Of a DNA stretch of 64,000 nucleotides, positions 1 to 7,445 are shown one piece after another. The notes under the pieces are model-generated. The model did no database searches, was not told where the DNA came from, and worked only from the letters and a program-made list of their open reading frames with translations. The stretch spans positions 1-64,000 of IMG/VR virus record IMGVR_UViG_3300043570_000986. The stretch is one strand, 5' to 3'. The position numbers and the translations under genes are program-made. The stretch comes from a virus. Every line of letters begins with the position of its first letter. Position 1 is the first letter of the stretch.

Positions 1-229
1 CTTTTTTAACATCTTCCCAATAAGAATAATAGTTTTGTTTATCTTCAAATTCATCTAAATAAGCTCCATAACGTAAATTCAAGCCACCATTATATATTTC
101 ATCAACTGCTATTAAAGCACATTGTTTAGCCGAATCTATATAATCTTCCCATCCTAATACTTCGTGAAATACTCTTGTGTGAGGAATATATTTATCAATT
201 AACTCTATTGCTTTTTCTTTTGGCGTCAT
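1..229 (-). CDS. small phage protein (MTPKEKAIEL...), 3' end outside window
   Basis: ATG at 229 after junction motif A; open frame to the window edge; not in ORF track. Confidence 0.75.
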   Translation of the reverse strand, partial: MTPKEKAIELIDKYIPHTRVFHEVLGWEDYIDSAKQCALIAVDEIYNGGLNLRYGAYLDEFEDKQNYYSYWEDVKK

Positions 230-230
230 T

Positions 231-521
231 TTATTTGTTTTTATAATTAATAATGTTTTCTGCATCACCTAATGACAAACCATAACCTATACAATCCATA
301 GGATTTAGCATTTCTTTTGTCTTATAATCTATAAGGTCTTTTAAATAAGTAGGTAACTCATTTGGTAAATTCTCACAATTCCAAAACCACCATTGGTCGC
401 CCATACTTTGTGGTGTTGCGTGTTGGTAGGTAATTCCTAGTTCTTTCATTACTACTTGTGGATGCCTATTTTCTTTACAGTTAATTCCTGCTTCCATAAT
501 GTTAAATCTTAAATGTTTCAT
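231..521 (-). CDS. hypothetical protein, 96 aa
   Basis: ORF track; ends YKNK* in motif A. Confidence 0.8.
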   Translation of the reverse strand: MKHLRFNIMEAGINCKENRHPQVVMKELGITYQHATPQSMGDQWWFWNCENLPNELPTYLKDLIDYKTKEMLNPMDCIGYGLSLGDAENIINYKNK

Positions 522-523
522 AT

Positions 524-649
524 TTATTTGTTTTTATTGATTAATTTTATTTTAATGTAATTCTTGACTATTTTAAAGAATTTAGCTATTTGGTGCATAT
601 CACTTACTGTTATATCAACATTATAAGGATTCCATTTTGTTTTTTTCAT
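524..649 (-). CDS. small hypothetical protein, 41 aa (MKKTKWNPYN...INKNK)
   Basis: Hand-translated; ATGA overlap with upstream gene; ends in motif A. Confidence 0.65.
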   Translation of the reverse strand: MKKTKWNPYNVDITVSDMHQIAKFFKIVKNYIKIKLINKNK

Positions 650-1035
650 ATTTTTTTTATAGATAACCTCATATTATAATCATTTATAATTTCTTGTAAT
701 AATCTTTCAGTATTTTGATATGTTTTTTCTACCCCAGCAAAAAAACCTGCATCATATTTATTTTCAATTAAAATATTTGCTTCTTTTTGCGTAATAGCAT
801 TTCCCCTCATTCTTATACAATCATTATAAAGAATCATCACACTTTCAAATAAATCTTCATGTTTAGTTATTTTGACTTCTATTGAATTGTTTATTTTTAC
901 TAATTCATTTAAAATCTGCTCATCCTCTAAAGTATCTTTCCAACTTCCAATAACACTTAATAATTCATCATTAGCATTAAGTTTTTCAAGTATGGTATAT
1001 ATTTCATTTATTATTTTTAAATCTATTTCACTCAT
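646..1035 (-). CDS. hypothetical protein, 129 aa
   Basis: ORF track, co-oriented with neighbours. Confidence 0.75.
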   Translation of the reverse strand: MSEIDLKIINEIYTILEKLNANDELLSVIGSWKDTLEDEQILNELVKINNSIEVKITKHEDLFESVMILYNDCIRMRGNAITQKEANILIENKYDAGFFAGVEKTYQNTERLLQEIINDYNMRLSIKKI

Positions 1036-1071
1036 ATTAATTTATTTTATTTGTTATTAGTTTTTATTTAT

Positions 1072-1179
1072 TTACATTTTTTCAGCTGTCCAATCATGAA
1101 ATAAATTAGACCATTTTGAGTTAGTAATTAACAAAGGGTGTGCTATACAATTATGTATTATATTCCAAAATCTTTTCAT
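1072..1179 (-). CDS. small hypothetical protein, 35 aa (MKRFWNIIHNCIAHPLL...HDWTAEKM)
   Basis: Hand-translated; ATG 1 nt after the upstream stop. Confidence 0.65.
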   Translation of the reverse strand: MKRFWNIIHNCIAHPLLITNSKWSNLFHDWTAEKM

Positions 1180-1180
1180 A

Positions 1181-1363
1181 TCAGTCTTTCTTATCTAATT
1201 TAATTAATTCATTTAGTGGATAAGATAGCATTGAAACCATAATTGTGGATAGTATAAAGCCAAACCTACCTGACTGTTCCCATTGTGATGGATTCCATTG
1301 CCACATTGTAAAGGAAAAGCAAAAGTAATTCAATAAAATCATTGTTATAATTATTTTTTTCAT
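1181..1363 (-). CDS. small two-TM membrane protein, 60 aa
   Basis: Two hydrophobic stretches. Confidence 0.7.
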   Translation of the reverse strand: MKKIIITMILLNYFCFSFTMWQWNPSQWEQSGRFGFILSTIMVSMLSYPLNELIKLDKKD

Positions 1364-1387
1364 GTTTTTTATTTGTTTTTTAGTTTA

Positions 1388-1609
1388 TTAATTTTGTTTA
1401 AATGTTTGATTATAGTATTCTTCTGCATCATTTTTATAATGACCTGGGGTTGCTGCTATAAACATTTGTCCAGAAATATTAGCATCTATTATCTGTTGCT
1501 TTTCCATTTCTTTGGCTCTATCTATTTCATTTCTATAATTACTCCATTCTATATTAGGTAATGCAAATTCTAATTGTTCAATTAAATATTCAACTGCTGT
1601 TTTTTCCAT
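1388..1609 (-). CDS. MEK(KQ)TAVE-family small protein, paralogue 1
   Basis: Shares TAVE and AKEMEKQQI blocks with 1625..1870 and 2407..2652. Confidence 0.8.
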   Translation of the reverse strand: MEKTAVEYLIEQLEFALPNIEWSNYRNEIDRAKEMEKQQIIDANISGQMFIAATPGHYKNDAEEYYNQTFKQN

Positions 1610-1624
1610 ATTAATCTTGTTTGT

Positions 1625-1870
1625 TTAGTGAGTTTTTTTAAATATTTTATTGTAGTAATCTTCTCCACTTACGTAATCATTAAGACCAGCTTCACATTTT
1701 ACCCCAACATTGAAGCTATTGATAATTTCATATTTTTCTATAATTTTCGCCTCATTTATAATGTTTTTTAATTCTTCAATAAGAATACAAAATTGATACA
1801 TATCACCACCTTTTTTAAGTTCTTTAAATCTGGATTCTATAAATTCTACTGCTGTTTGTTTCTTTTCCAT
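1625..1870 (-). CDS. MEKKQTAVE-family small protein, paralogue 2
   Basis: N-terminus identical to that of 2407..2652; YYNKIFK tail resembles paralogue 1. Confidence 0.8.
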   Translation of the reverse strand: MEKKQTAVEFIESRFKELKKGGDMYQFCILIEELKNIINEAKIIEKYEIINSFNVGVKCEAGLNDYVSGEDYYNKIFKKTH

Positions 1871-1883
1871 TTTTTATTTGTTT

Positions 1884-2030
1884 TTAGTTATTAATTAAAT
1901 TTATTAAATATGCTAATATTATTATGATTAAAAAAATAGAGATAGTAAGAAACCAAGCTCCTAACCCTAAAATAATGTCAATTCTATCTTTGCTTTTAAA
2001 AAGCATACATTGGTTAAAAAATTGTTTCAT
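1884..2030 (-). CDS. small single-TM protein, 48 aa (MKQFFNQCML...)
   Basis: Hand-translated; ATG follows motif B; long hydrophobic C-terminal half. Confidence 0.6.
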   Translation of the reverse strand: MKQFFNQCMLFKSKDRIDIILGLGAWFLTISIFLIIIILAYLINLINN

Positions 2031-2063
2031 ATTAGTCTTGTTTGTTTTTAATTGTTAAATTTT

Positions 2064-2387
2064 TTATACCAACCTCAACTGACGAAACCAATTTAATATT
2101 CTACTTTTATCTCCACTACCATAAGACCATTTACCCGTAATGATAAAAGCAAAAGGAAGTCCGATAAACATTAGAACAAGAAGTATCAATGCGAATGGAA
2201 GCGTTAATCTAATCCAACCTTTTACTTCTGTTTTTTCTTCTGTATAAAATTCGATACCAAGCGAAATCCACCTATCACACATTTCTTCGCTTGATACTTT
2301 GTTTAGTTCAGGGAATGTTTCTGTGAAATTTGGTATGTAATTCATATCATTATGCGACCATACCCTTCTTAATTTTCTGAATACCAT
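2064..2387 (-). CDS. hypothetical membrane protein, 107 aa
   Basis: ORF track; hydrophobic segment LPFALILLVLMFIGLPFAFII. Confidence 0.75.
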   Translation of the reverse strand: MVFRKLRRVWSHNDMNYIPNFTETFPELNKVSSEEMCDRWISLGIEFYTEEKTEVKGWIRLTLPFALILLVLMFIGLPFAFIITGKWSYGSGDKSRILNWFRQLRLV

Positions 2388-2406
2388 ATTTATTTGTTTT
2401 TAGTTG

Positions 2407-2652
2407 TTAATCTTGTTCAAGTTCACTATCTACATTTCTATTACATTTTGGACACCAATAGCCACCAAATACTCCAGGCACAAATTCTTTATCAAGGTGT
2501 AAACAAATTTCTTGATTATCTATAATCTGTTGTTCCATTTCTTTGGCTTGTTCATAATATTGTTTTTTATCAATATCATATAATGCTGTTTTTGGAATCA
2601 TTCTTTCAAGTCTTTCATATAACCATTCTACTGCTGTTTGTTTCTTTTCCAT
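2407..2652 (-). CDS. MEKKQTAVE-family paralogue 3 with CxH...CxxC C-terminus
   Basis: Paralogous N-terminal half plus CLH...CPKC Zn-ribbon-like tail. Confidence 0.8.
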   Translation of the reverse strand: MEKKQTAVEWLYERLERMIPKTALYDIDKKQYYEQAKEMEQQIIDNQEICLHLDKEFVPGVFGGYWCPKCNRNVDSELEQD

Positions 2653-2653
2653 A

Positions 2654-2911
2654 TTAGTCTTGTTTGTTTAGTGAGTTTTCTTTTTTAGTAGTTGATTCAT
2701 CTATATACTTGTTCTCTGTTTGGTCATTAAGTTCTTTTAATAAAGCATTTGCTAATTCAACAGATTCTTTAGCATATGTATTTACATCCCATCCAGTAAT
2801 GTTTTCTCTAAGATAATTTGCACATAATCCTTGCATAGCTAGTCCTGCAAAATATTCTTTTTTAGTTAATGTTTTAACTTCATCTTTAAAAATTGGTATA
2901 TTCTTTTCCAT
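2654..2911 (-). CDS. conserved small phage protein (LTKKEYFAGLAMQG motif)
   Basis: Motif common in phage hypothetical proteins; ends LNKQD* (motif B). Confidence 0.8.
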   Translation of the reverse strand: MEKNIPIFKDEVKTLTKKEYFAGLAMQGLCANYLRENITGWDVNTYAKESVELANALLKELNDQTENKYIDESTTKKENSLNKQD

Positions 2912-2912
2912 T

Positions 2913-3311
2913 TTATTTGTTTTTAGTAATTTCTATTAGTTTATCTAAGCATGCTTGTTCTGCTTCTTCATAGGTTTCATAACTCCATTCATCTCCTGGT
3001 TTATCAATTGACCATTCCTCAATAGTCCAAGGTTTCCATATTCTCCAACTAAAACCTACTGAACCATCAACTTCAGTACATTCTGTAGTTATTTCTGAGT
3101 AATATTCTTTTTCTCTAAACCATCTAAATGCTTGTGAGAATGTTGGTGCTGAACAAGATGGTGCATCCAGTGGTTGATTACAAAATGTTCCATATTGATT
3201 TTCATTATTTGGGAAATATAAACTTTCATCATAAAATCCAAAACAAGGTTCATCAAATCCTAACTCTTTAACAGCTAAGGCTTGTTCATAGGTTATAAAT
3301 TCTTTTTTCAT
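2913..3311 (-). CDS. conserved Bacteroidota-phage hypothetical protein (MKKEFITYEQALA...APTFSQAFRWFRE)
   Basis: ORF track; ends TKNK* (motif A). Confidence 0.8.
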   Translation of the reverse strand: MKKEFITYEQALAVKELGFDEPCFGFYDESLYFPNNENQYGTFCNQPLDAPSCSAPTFSQAFRWFREKEYYSEITTECTEVDGSVGFSWRIWKPWTIEEWSIDKPGDEWSYETYEEAEQACLDKLIEITKNK

Positions 3312-3335
3312 TTTTTTATTTGTTTTTAGTTGTTA

Positions 3336-3593
3336 TTAGTCTTGTTTGTTTAGTCTTTTAATAATTACTTTTAAGGTTCTCCCATCATCTTGATAAGATA
3401 GTTCTACTTTACAATAATGGTCACTATATGCTCTACCATATTCATCAATGACTTCAAATCTTGTTAATGTTTGGTCTTTAGCCATATCTTCTTGGCATTG
3501 AGTGTAGCCATCTATATATGCAAGTCTTTCAGATGATGATACATTATTACAATATTTTTTAAATAACTGTTCTATTTCTTCTTTGCTTTTCAT
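3336..3593 (-). CDS. hypothetical protein, 85 aa, possibly chimeric
   Basis: ORF track; ends LNKQD* (motif B). Confidence 0.8.
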   Translation of the reverse strand: MKSKEEIEQLFKKYCNNVSSSERLAYIDGYTQCQEDMAKDQTLTRFEVIDEYGRAYSDHYCKVELSYQDDGRTLKVIIKRLNKQD

Positions 3594-3609
3594 GTTATTA
3601 GTTTTAAAT

Positions 3610-3643
3610 AAACTCTTACAAGATATTTCACAAGTAAGAGTTT
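3610..3643. terminator. intergenic hairpin at the head of the small-gene array
   Basis: aaactcttac/gtaagagttt 10-bp inverted repeat. Confidence 0.45.
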
Positions 3644-3648
3644 AATTG

Positions 3649-4080
3649 TTATTTGTATTTTTTAAATGTTTTTAATAAAGTATCATATTTAATACCACCT
3701 GCTAATATTTTTTTATTATTTGTAGTATTTAAATTAATACTTGATATAATATACCAATTATCAATTGGAGCTTCAGTATTAATCATAATTGTTTTAGTAT
3801 TAGTTCCTTTGTAAGATACTGATATTTCAAATTCAGTATTATAATCTAAAGATAATATAAAATTTGATGATGCTTTAACACTTGTTAATACTCCTGTATT
3901 GTAATTAACAATATCTAATAAATATGATGTATCAGGTATTTCTTGATTATTAATTTTAATTGTTAAATCTAATTTAACTACTTTATTTGTTTGTGCTACT
4001 GCACATGCTGTCATTAAAACTATTAATAACCCTGTTACTAATAATTTGATTTTCATTGATTCTGTCATTTGAGTTTTCAT
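3649..4080 (-). CDS. exported or lipid-anchored beta-rich protein, 143 aa
   Basis: N-terminal signal-like segment KIKLLVTGLLIVLMTAC. Confidence 0.75.
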   Translation of the reverse strand: MKTQMTESMKIKLLVTGLLIVLMTACAVAQTNKVVKLDLTIKINNQEIPDTSYLLDIVNYNTGVLTSVKASSNFILSLDYNTEFEISVSYKGTNTKTIMINTEAPIDNWYIISSINLNTTNNKKILAGGIKYDTLLKTFKKYK

Positions 4081-4380
4081 ATAATTTTAGTTTAATTGGT
4101 TTAAGTTTAAAAAAACAGGCTTTGCACCTGATTGAATGCTTCATGTTTATGTATTAAAGACCCATAAAATCTAATAATACAACTACCTAGTTAAAGGACA
4201 GCATTTGAGTAATTTGTTAAATGTAAGTTAATGCACAAACAGGTACATGACTACCTTACAAACATTAACTTAACATTTAACTAATATTTTAAATAAAGGT
4301 TTAACCAACTAACCTCAAAGGAGTGTTTTTACAGAACACTTAAACTGTATTAGGACAACTATCACATAACCTAATATAAG

Positions 4381-4454
4381 GTATGATAGTGGGAATTGAA
4401 CCCACTACCTCCTGATTAATATCAGGTGCTCATACACAACGAGCTATATCATAC
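4381..4454 (-). tRNA. tRNA-like gene or pseudo-tRNA with a 6-nt anticodon loop; isotype undetermined
   Basis: Cloverleaf: GTATGATA/TATCATAC acceptor, GCTC/GAGC D-stem, CCTGA/TCAGG anticodon stem, GTGGG-TTCAATT-CCCAC T-arm; no D-loop GG, no encoded CCA. Confidence 0.65.
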
Positions 4455-4466
4455 TGTTTAACTTAA

Positions 4467-4913
4467 TTATGCATTAAGTTTTGCTGAAGCTGTTGAAGCT
4501 GCAACTGGTGCTTCACTTGTGTAAGCTACTAACACATTTTGTGCATTCAAATCAGTTGTGAATTCTGTTTCACGATAAATTGGTTGACCATTAAATAATA
4601 AGATACCACCATCTTTGCCTTTACGCTTAGGCTCTTGATTAGCACGGAATGGATTCTTAGTTGTAGATTCTTTAACAATAATCTTACCATCTAAGATTTC
4701 ACCTGCTACTAATGGAGCTGCATCAAATGCTTCTCTACTAGTTGAACGAAGTGCTGATAATACAGTTACTTTGTCTAATGCACCACTTCTATCTACAAAT
4801 GTAGATTGTACTGTGTACCATCCATACTCTTTACCATCTTTTGCACTGATTCCTGTTGAATTAAATACTAAACCTGTTGTTTTGTTTGCGATCACTACTA
4901 CTGAATTTTTCAT
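4467..4913 (-). CDS. conserved crAss-like protein, possible ssDNA-binding protein
   Basis: Beta-rich with aromatic/basic residues, flexible Ala-rich tail, codon usage like highly expressed genes; function inferred. Confidence 0.6.
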   Translation of the reverse strand: MKNSVVVIANKTTGLVFNSTGISAKDGKEYGWYTVQSTFVDRSGALDKVTVLSALRSTSREAFDAAPLVAGEILDGKIIVKESTTKNPFRANQEPKRKGKDGGILLFNGQPIYRETEFTTDLNAQNVLVAYTSEAPVAASTASAKLNA

Positions 4914-5155
4914 AATTTTTGTTTTTTTAATTGTTTAATTGATTTTTTAATTGATTTATTTGATTTTAACAAAGTTTAAGTCTGTGTTAAGACTATTGAA
5001 CAATTAACAAGATGATATAACTAATATATTGGCTATGCCAGAGTGCTATAAATAGCTAATTAGAATATATGAGAGCTTATTAGTTGTTGAATATTGTTTA
5101 AGATAATGTTATTGTATTAAGTCTAGCTTCTAAAGCTAACCAATATTGTACAAAC

Positions 5156-5428
5156 TTAACGTAGTTCTTTTCTGCTTCTGTAATTGTCAGCATGATTTTT
5201 AGATTTTTTTTCATCAACCCATAATGCAAGTATAATACCTGAGTATAAGATGAAGATAATTAATATTCCTATTGCTAAGGTTGGAATAATTGACCATAAA
5301 CTTATTATTGATACTAGTCCTAATCCTATATGTGCAGATAATTGTCTGGCATATGTTAAATCAGCTAATACATTGCATCCATACCAAGTTGTTGATATGA
5401 ATGCAATTATAAAGATTGTATTGTCCAT
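5156..5428 (-). CDS. small multi-TM membrane protein, 90 aa
   Basis: Up to three hydrophobic segments, basic tail. Confidence 0.7.
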   Translation of the reverse strand: MDNTIFIIAFISTTWYGCNVLADLTYARQLSAHIGLGLVSIISLWSIIPTLAIGILIIFILYSGIILALWVDEKKSKNHADNYRSRKELR

Positions 5429-5431
5429 TGT

Positions 5432-5626
5432 TTAAGTTGTTAATAATGAAACTGATACACAAATTGATGCCCATATTTGGTCATGACTAGGTTTATTATT
5501 TACATAACCTAATTCACGCTTAATAGTGTTTAATCTATTGTGTACTGAAAATTGATACTCAGGTAATTTAGTAGACCTATTTATAATAGGCCTACCATTC
5601 TTTGTAGTTTTTTGTAATGTGTTCAT
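5432..5626 (-). CDS. hypothetical protein, 64 aa
   Basis: ORF track, co-oriented with neighbours. Confidence 0.6.
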   Translation of the reverse strand: MNTLQKTTKNGRPIINRSTKLPEYQFSVHNRLNTIKRELGYVNNKPSHDQIWASICVSVSLLTT

Positions 5627-5645
5627 GATTGGATAGTTTTTATGA

Positions 5646-5789
5646 TTATTTTCTTGCCCAAGTAGGACATTTATCTACGTTATACTTAACTATAGATTTT
5701 TTTGAAGCACAACTTGTTAATGAAGTCATTGCTATAAGACATACGATTGTTACTAAGTAACACACTGTTAAATACACTAGTTTTTTCAT
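5646..5789 (-). CDS. small lipoprotein, 47 aa (MKKLVY...LTSC-ASKKSIVKYNVDKCPTWARK)
   Basis: Hand-translated; MKK, hydrophobic core and LTSC lipobox. Confidence 0.7.
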   Translation of the reverse strand: MKKLVYLTVCYLVTIVCLIAMTSLTSCASKKSIVKYNVDKCPTWARK

Positions 5790-5811
5790 TTGATTTTTGT
5801 TTTAGATTGAT

Positions 5812-6012
5812 TTAGAAATTGTTTTTTTTGTTGTTAAATTCAATATGTAGAATACCATTTTCATAATATCCTTTAAGAGTATCATTTTTAGTAATAGATT
5901 GATACTCTTCTGGTAAATCTATTTTAACATCTGAAATAATTGTTATAATTATAAGGAATATTCCAGTTATTATAAAATTTACAATAACTGACTGTATTAT
6001 TAATTTTTTCAT
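5812..6012 (-). CDS. membrane-anchored small protein, 66 aa
   Basis: N-terminal TM helix. Confidence 0.7.
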   Translation of the reverse strand: MKKLIIQSVIVNFIITGIFLIIITIISDVKIDLPEEYQSITKNDTLKGYYENGILHIEFNNKKNNF

Positions 6013-6049
6013 TTTTAATAGTTTTTGATTGTTAATAATTATTTAATTT

Positions 6050-6590
6050 AAATCCCCAGGCGACCACCGTTAAGAGATTTTGTATTATTTATTTAGAAAC
6101 CTTGGGCAATTTGTAGACCCCAAGATTCCTCCTTGATAAGTATAATATATTAGTAATTAATTAGATTACCCATATTATAGTATCTCACGTAGCTCTTAAT
6201 GTGTTAATTAGACACCTATCACCATTCTACGATTACAAGTTTTAGTCAACACTTGTTATATCTATTTACAAATCAAGTTGTAAATCTTTTTAATTCATTA
6301 TTGAATTAAAGTATTTTATCTTAAGCACTTGGTTGTAATATTGGAAGTCTAGACCTACTCTACTTTTATTTTCCCAAAGGAAATGGTTAGGTTACTTTGC
6401 TATAAGCCATCTATTACAACTTAGTGCATTAGGAATGTGTTAAGCTTATTAATAGTATTATTTTAAAACGTGACCTGTACCTGCAACTGACCACAGTTTA
6501 GCATTAAATGGTATTTTACAGCAATCATCTTAAAATTGAAAGTTTACCCAATTAAGGTAGAATTCCCTTTGAGAATTCTTTAGTTTATTA
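6050..6590. ncRNA. candidate large structured non-coding element
   Basis: No ORF; at least eight local and long-range inverted repeats. Confidence 0.4.
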
Positions 6591-6857
6591 GTTAATCTGT
6601 TTATTTTTAATGAGTGGTAAGTTCATTTATTTTCAACAAGCTAATAAACGACACTACATCTGAGTGCCATACTTTCTGTTTTAAACTATTAAATAAGCTA
6701 TGTATATAATAGGGTAAGTTATAATGAGGTTAATTGAAAAAGAGGTGAAATGTATTGGAAGGGAAGTGTAACCCACTGATACCAACACTTTACTACAATT
6801 TGTAGCAATTGTTTGCTATATATTGTCCAACATTTGTATATTATTTGTTAGTCAACT

Positions 6858-6881
6858 AATAAACAACTCCCCGAAGGGGGA
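6858..6881 (-). terminator. C(UUCG)G hairpin terminator after 6884..7129
   Basis: Minus strand CCCC-TTCG-GGGA followed by GTTGTTTATT. Confidence 0.6.
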
Positions 6882-6883
6882 TA

Positions 6884-7129
6884 CTATAAGGTAAAACTCC
6901 TTATAGCATCCTTAGCATTGAATAATACATATGCTTCAGCATCTAATGTATTACCTTTAGCATCTTCAAGTCCTTTCTTCAAGTATGCAGGCTTGCTCTC
7001 ATCAAATTTATGAGCAACAATAATCTTGATACCTTTAGCAGTACCAAAAGCATGCTTACCTTCAGTGTACTGGTTGAATTCAATAGTTTCAACATCTAAC
7101 ATTTCTTTAAAATCTTGTAATGAGATCAT
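6884..7129 (-). CDS. hypothetical protein, 81 aa; first gene of the leftward unit
   Basis: ORF track; followed by a terminator. Confidence 0.8.
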   Translation of the reverse strand: MISLQDFKEMLDVETIEFNQYTEGKHAFGTAKGIKIIVAHKFDESKPAYLKKGLEDAKGNTLDAEAYVLFNAKDAIRSFTL

Positions 7130-7215
7130 GATAGTTTTTGCAGGGAACAGAGGTTTGGTTTTCCTGCTAAATTTAGGTAGGGGGGGTGTTTTGGGGATGC
7201 CCCAAATCCTCGATT

Positions 7216-7286
7216 ACACAAATTTTTTTAAAAAACTATTTTTTCAAATCTTCAATCACACAAAATTTTTTAAAAAATTATTTTTT
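7216..7286. repeat. 29-bp imperfect direct repeat x2 (A/T tracts) at the strand-divergence point
   Basis: 7216-7244 vs 7258-7286, 2 mismatches, 42-bp period. Confidence 0.75.
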
Positions 7287-7409
7287 GTAACAAATTTAAT
7301 GTAGGATTGTTACAACATTATGGCCCATATATTAGCTTAATGTAGTATATTTCATACATTATATATAACATATTAGCTATATTCTATGGTACTCAATTTA
7401 CAATACTTA

Positions 7410-7441
7410 TTTGGTTATTAAGTACTTAATGATTAACTTTA
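7410..7441 (+). promoter_or_regulatory. Bacteroidota primary-sigma promoter
   Basis: TTTG-N20-TAACTTTA; ATG 4 nt downstream. Confidence 0.65.
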
Positions 7442-7445
7442 GGGC

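Larger units (their letters stand above)
231..3354 (-). repeat. dispersed start-associated junction repeats: motif A (ACTAAAAACAAATAA) and motif B (ACTAAACAAACAAGAYTAA)
   Basis: Motif A copies near 231, 524, 1047, 1369, 1874, 2390, 2913, 3316; motif B copies near 1611, 2032, 2654, 3336 (degenerate at 1181); all lie at gene junctions just upstream of an ATG. Confidence 0.85.

Noticed and set aside
1-3600. CRISPR array or integron attC array
   Set aside because: Repeats are short, degenerate and non-palindromic; the intervening units are whole genes of 100-400 nt; no cas or integrase gene in the window.
4381-4454. Ochre (UUA) suppressor tRNA
   Set aside because: Loop geometry is non-canonical and TAA is the dominant stop codon in this genome.
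6868-6881. N4-type GAA-triloop hairpin promoter for the vRNAP
   Set aside because: Single copy; better explained as a C(UUCG)G terminator immediately after the stop of 6884..7129.
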